Below, piece after piece: positions 62,577-64,000 of a DNA stretch of 64,000 bases. Under the pieces are notes generated by a model. The model did not search any database. It was not told where the DNA came from and was given only the letters and a program-made list of their open reading frames with translations. How positions within the stretch are numbered: position 1 is the first letter of the stretch; every line of letters starts with the position of its first letter. Origin of the DNA: Lingula anatina (Eukaryota > Animalia > Brachiopoda). A program made the translations under genes and the position numbers. The stretch lies in NCBI GenBank assembly GCA_051362555.1, contig CM120645.1, forward strand, positions 13,330,001-13,394,000. The letters are read 5' to 3'.

Positions 62577-64000
62577 GATATTGCTGTAGATCTTCTTTTT
62601 TTAATTTTCCCAACTTACTTTTTGTCAACCTTTGTTGCTGCATGGTGCACATTATTTGGAGACTCTTTGATAAGAGTCTTTCCTTCTATCATTAGCTAAT
62701 GGCTAATGTGATAGTTAAGCACATACCGGTAAGCACATACCACAATTTTTATAAATATTACAAACATAAATGTTTCATATTTTGTTAAGCTAAGCAGTTG
62801 TTTTCTTCTTTTTACTACATATGATTCGTACAGTGTTATAATCTATGTCTGCATACATATGTGTATTTCGATATTTTCTTAACATGTATTATTAACAAGA
62901 AAAATGCTCACAAAGAAGATTCTAAATTGTCAACAAAAGGAACTACATTTTAGATGCGACACGATTTGAACTCACACCTAATGTTCTAGCGGTGGATAGA
63001 CTGAGATAAATCGAAAGGCGTATGACGACGCCTTATGACAAATTCAAATGCGCTCTACTCCTGTTAAAAACTTTCATATGCAGGGGTGTTTCTCACCTTT
63101 AATTTAACCCTTCTTTTCCCTTTATCCCCGGGTTTTTACATTTTAACTGTTACGATAATTTAACCCTATAGATACATAGGCCCCCCTTGGCAAAGCAAAT
63201 GTCAAACTGCACAATTAATAGAACCATTTTAATGAATGACATTTTTGTGTTAATAAAAAAATAAAAGCAAAAAAGACTATTTTAAATAATAAAGGCATAT
63301 CGGTATGACACACGGTGCTGTTGGATATTGTTTTTTGTTTATGATCATTAATACTTCTTCGCAATATATGTTTGATGATTTTTATTTATCATTAAGGTCC
63401 TTTGGCAATTATCCTAGAGCGGTATTCTACTTTTTTATATTTTTACATTTTACAGTGTAGTTCCGGAGATCTGATGACGCGTTTACCTTAAGCAGAATTA
63501 ATAAACACAGCAACATCTTATTAAAAATTGACATCTTAATTAAATGTCGTTTCAGCATGATAGATGGTCCTAAGAAATTAGTATAGTTTGGTTTCTATGT
63601 GTTCAGACAGCAAAGCCCCCGATATGGTGATAGATGTTCTTCAGCAATCTAATTTATCTCTTAATAACTACGTGCCCGTTACGCAGCAGATTTTATAAAA
63701 AAGTTTTAATTTTTATACAAACTTTTCGTATAATTTACCAGGTACAACAACCAGCATTATTAGATGAAATCGTGTAATATTGATATATGTAACTTTACTA
63801 TCATTTTATTACAGACCTTTTCAAGCTCTCGTTGACGCTTGTTGCCATGGATGCGATACACTATATATTTTTGATAATCTGTGTGAGCTTTCAACATGTG
63901 AAGAGTGACGGTATGTTCCCCTATGAATAAAGTACACCAATATTCTTTGCTGTCATTTTTGTAAGTCTTTGAAAGAATGGCATTCATGTACCCTTACTGA

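Noticed and set aside
62950-63065. B-box-like GTTCAAATC on the minus strand, possible tRNA or SINE
   Set aside because: No convincing A box or cloverleaf.
1-64000. CRISPR arrays, operons or prokaryotic defence systems
   Set aside because: The sequence is spliceosomal-intron eukaryotic DNA and has no repeat-spacer array.

Overview
AT-rich, intron-dense animal genomic DNA, probably a marine invertebrate (the lineage is my inference). Five multi-exon genes could be assembled by hand from GT-AG splice sites and protein recognition. (1) A PIERCE/DUF4490 ciliary microtubule inner protein, + strand, 1029-4283. (2) The Rab-GAP TBC1D25, - strand, 7261-26049. (3) F-actin capping protein alpha, - strand, 30758-37070. 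(4) Nicolin-1, + strand, 37345-42283, head-to-head with (3). (5) A large single-pass membrane protein with 20 EB-like six-Cys modules, 2 EGF, SEA, 2 EGF, a TM helix and a Tyr-motif tail, - strand, 43356 to about 59805, 5' end unresolved. Introns hold a decayed ISL2EU-like transposon, Kolobok-like and PIF/Harbinger MITEs, a Helentron-type element and many local duplications. The most notable observations are: one PIERCE gene whose exons could produce both PIERCE1-like and PIERCE2-like N-termini; a candidate TATA-driven internal first exon of TBC1D25; the EB-EGF-SEA receptor with decayed pseudo-exons; and repeated tandem duplication of splice-acceptor regions. Comparisons with human proteins are from memory, not from a database search.
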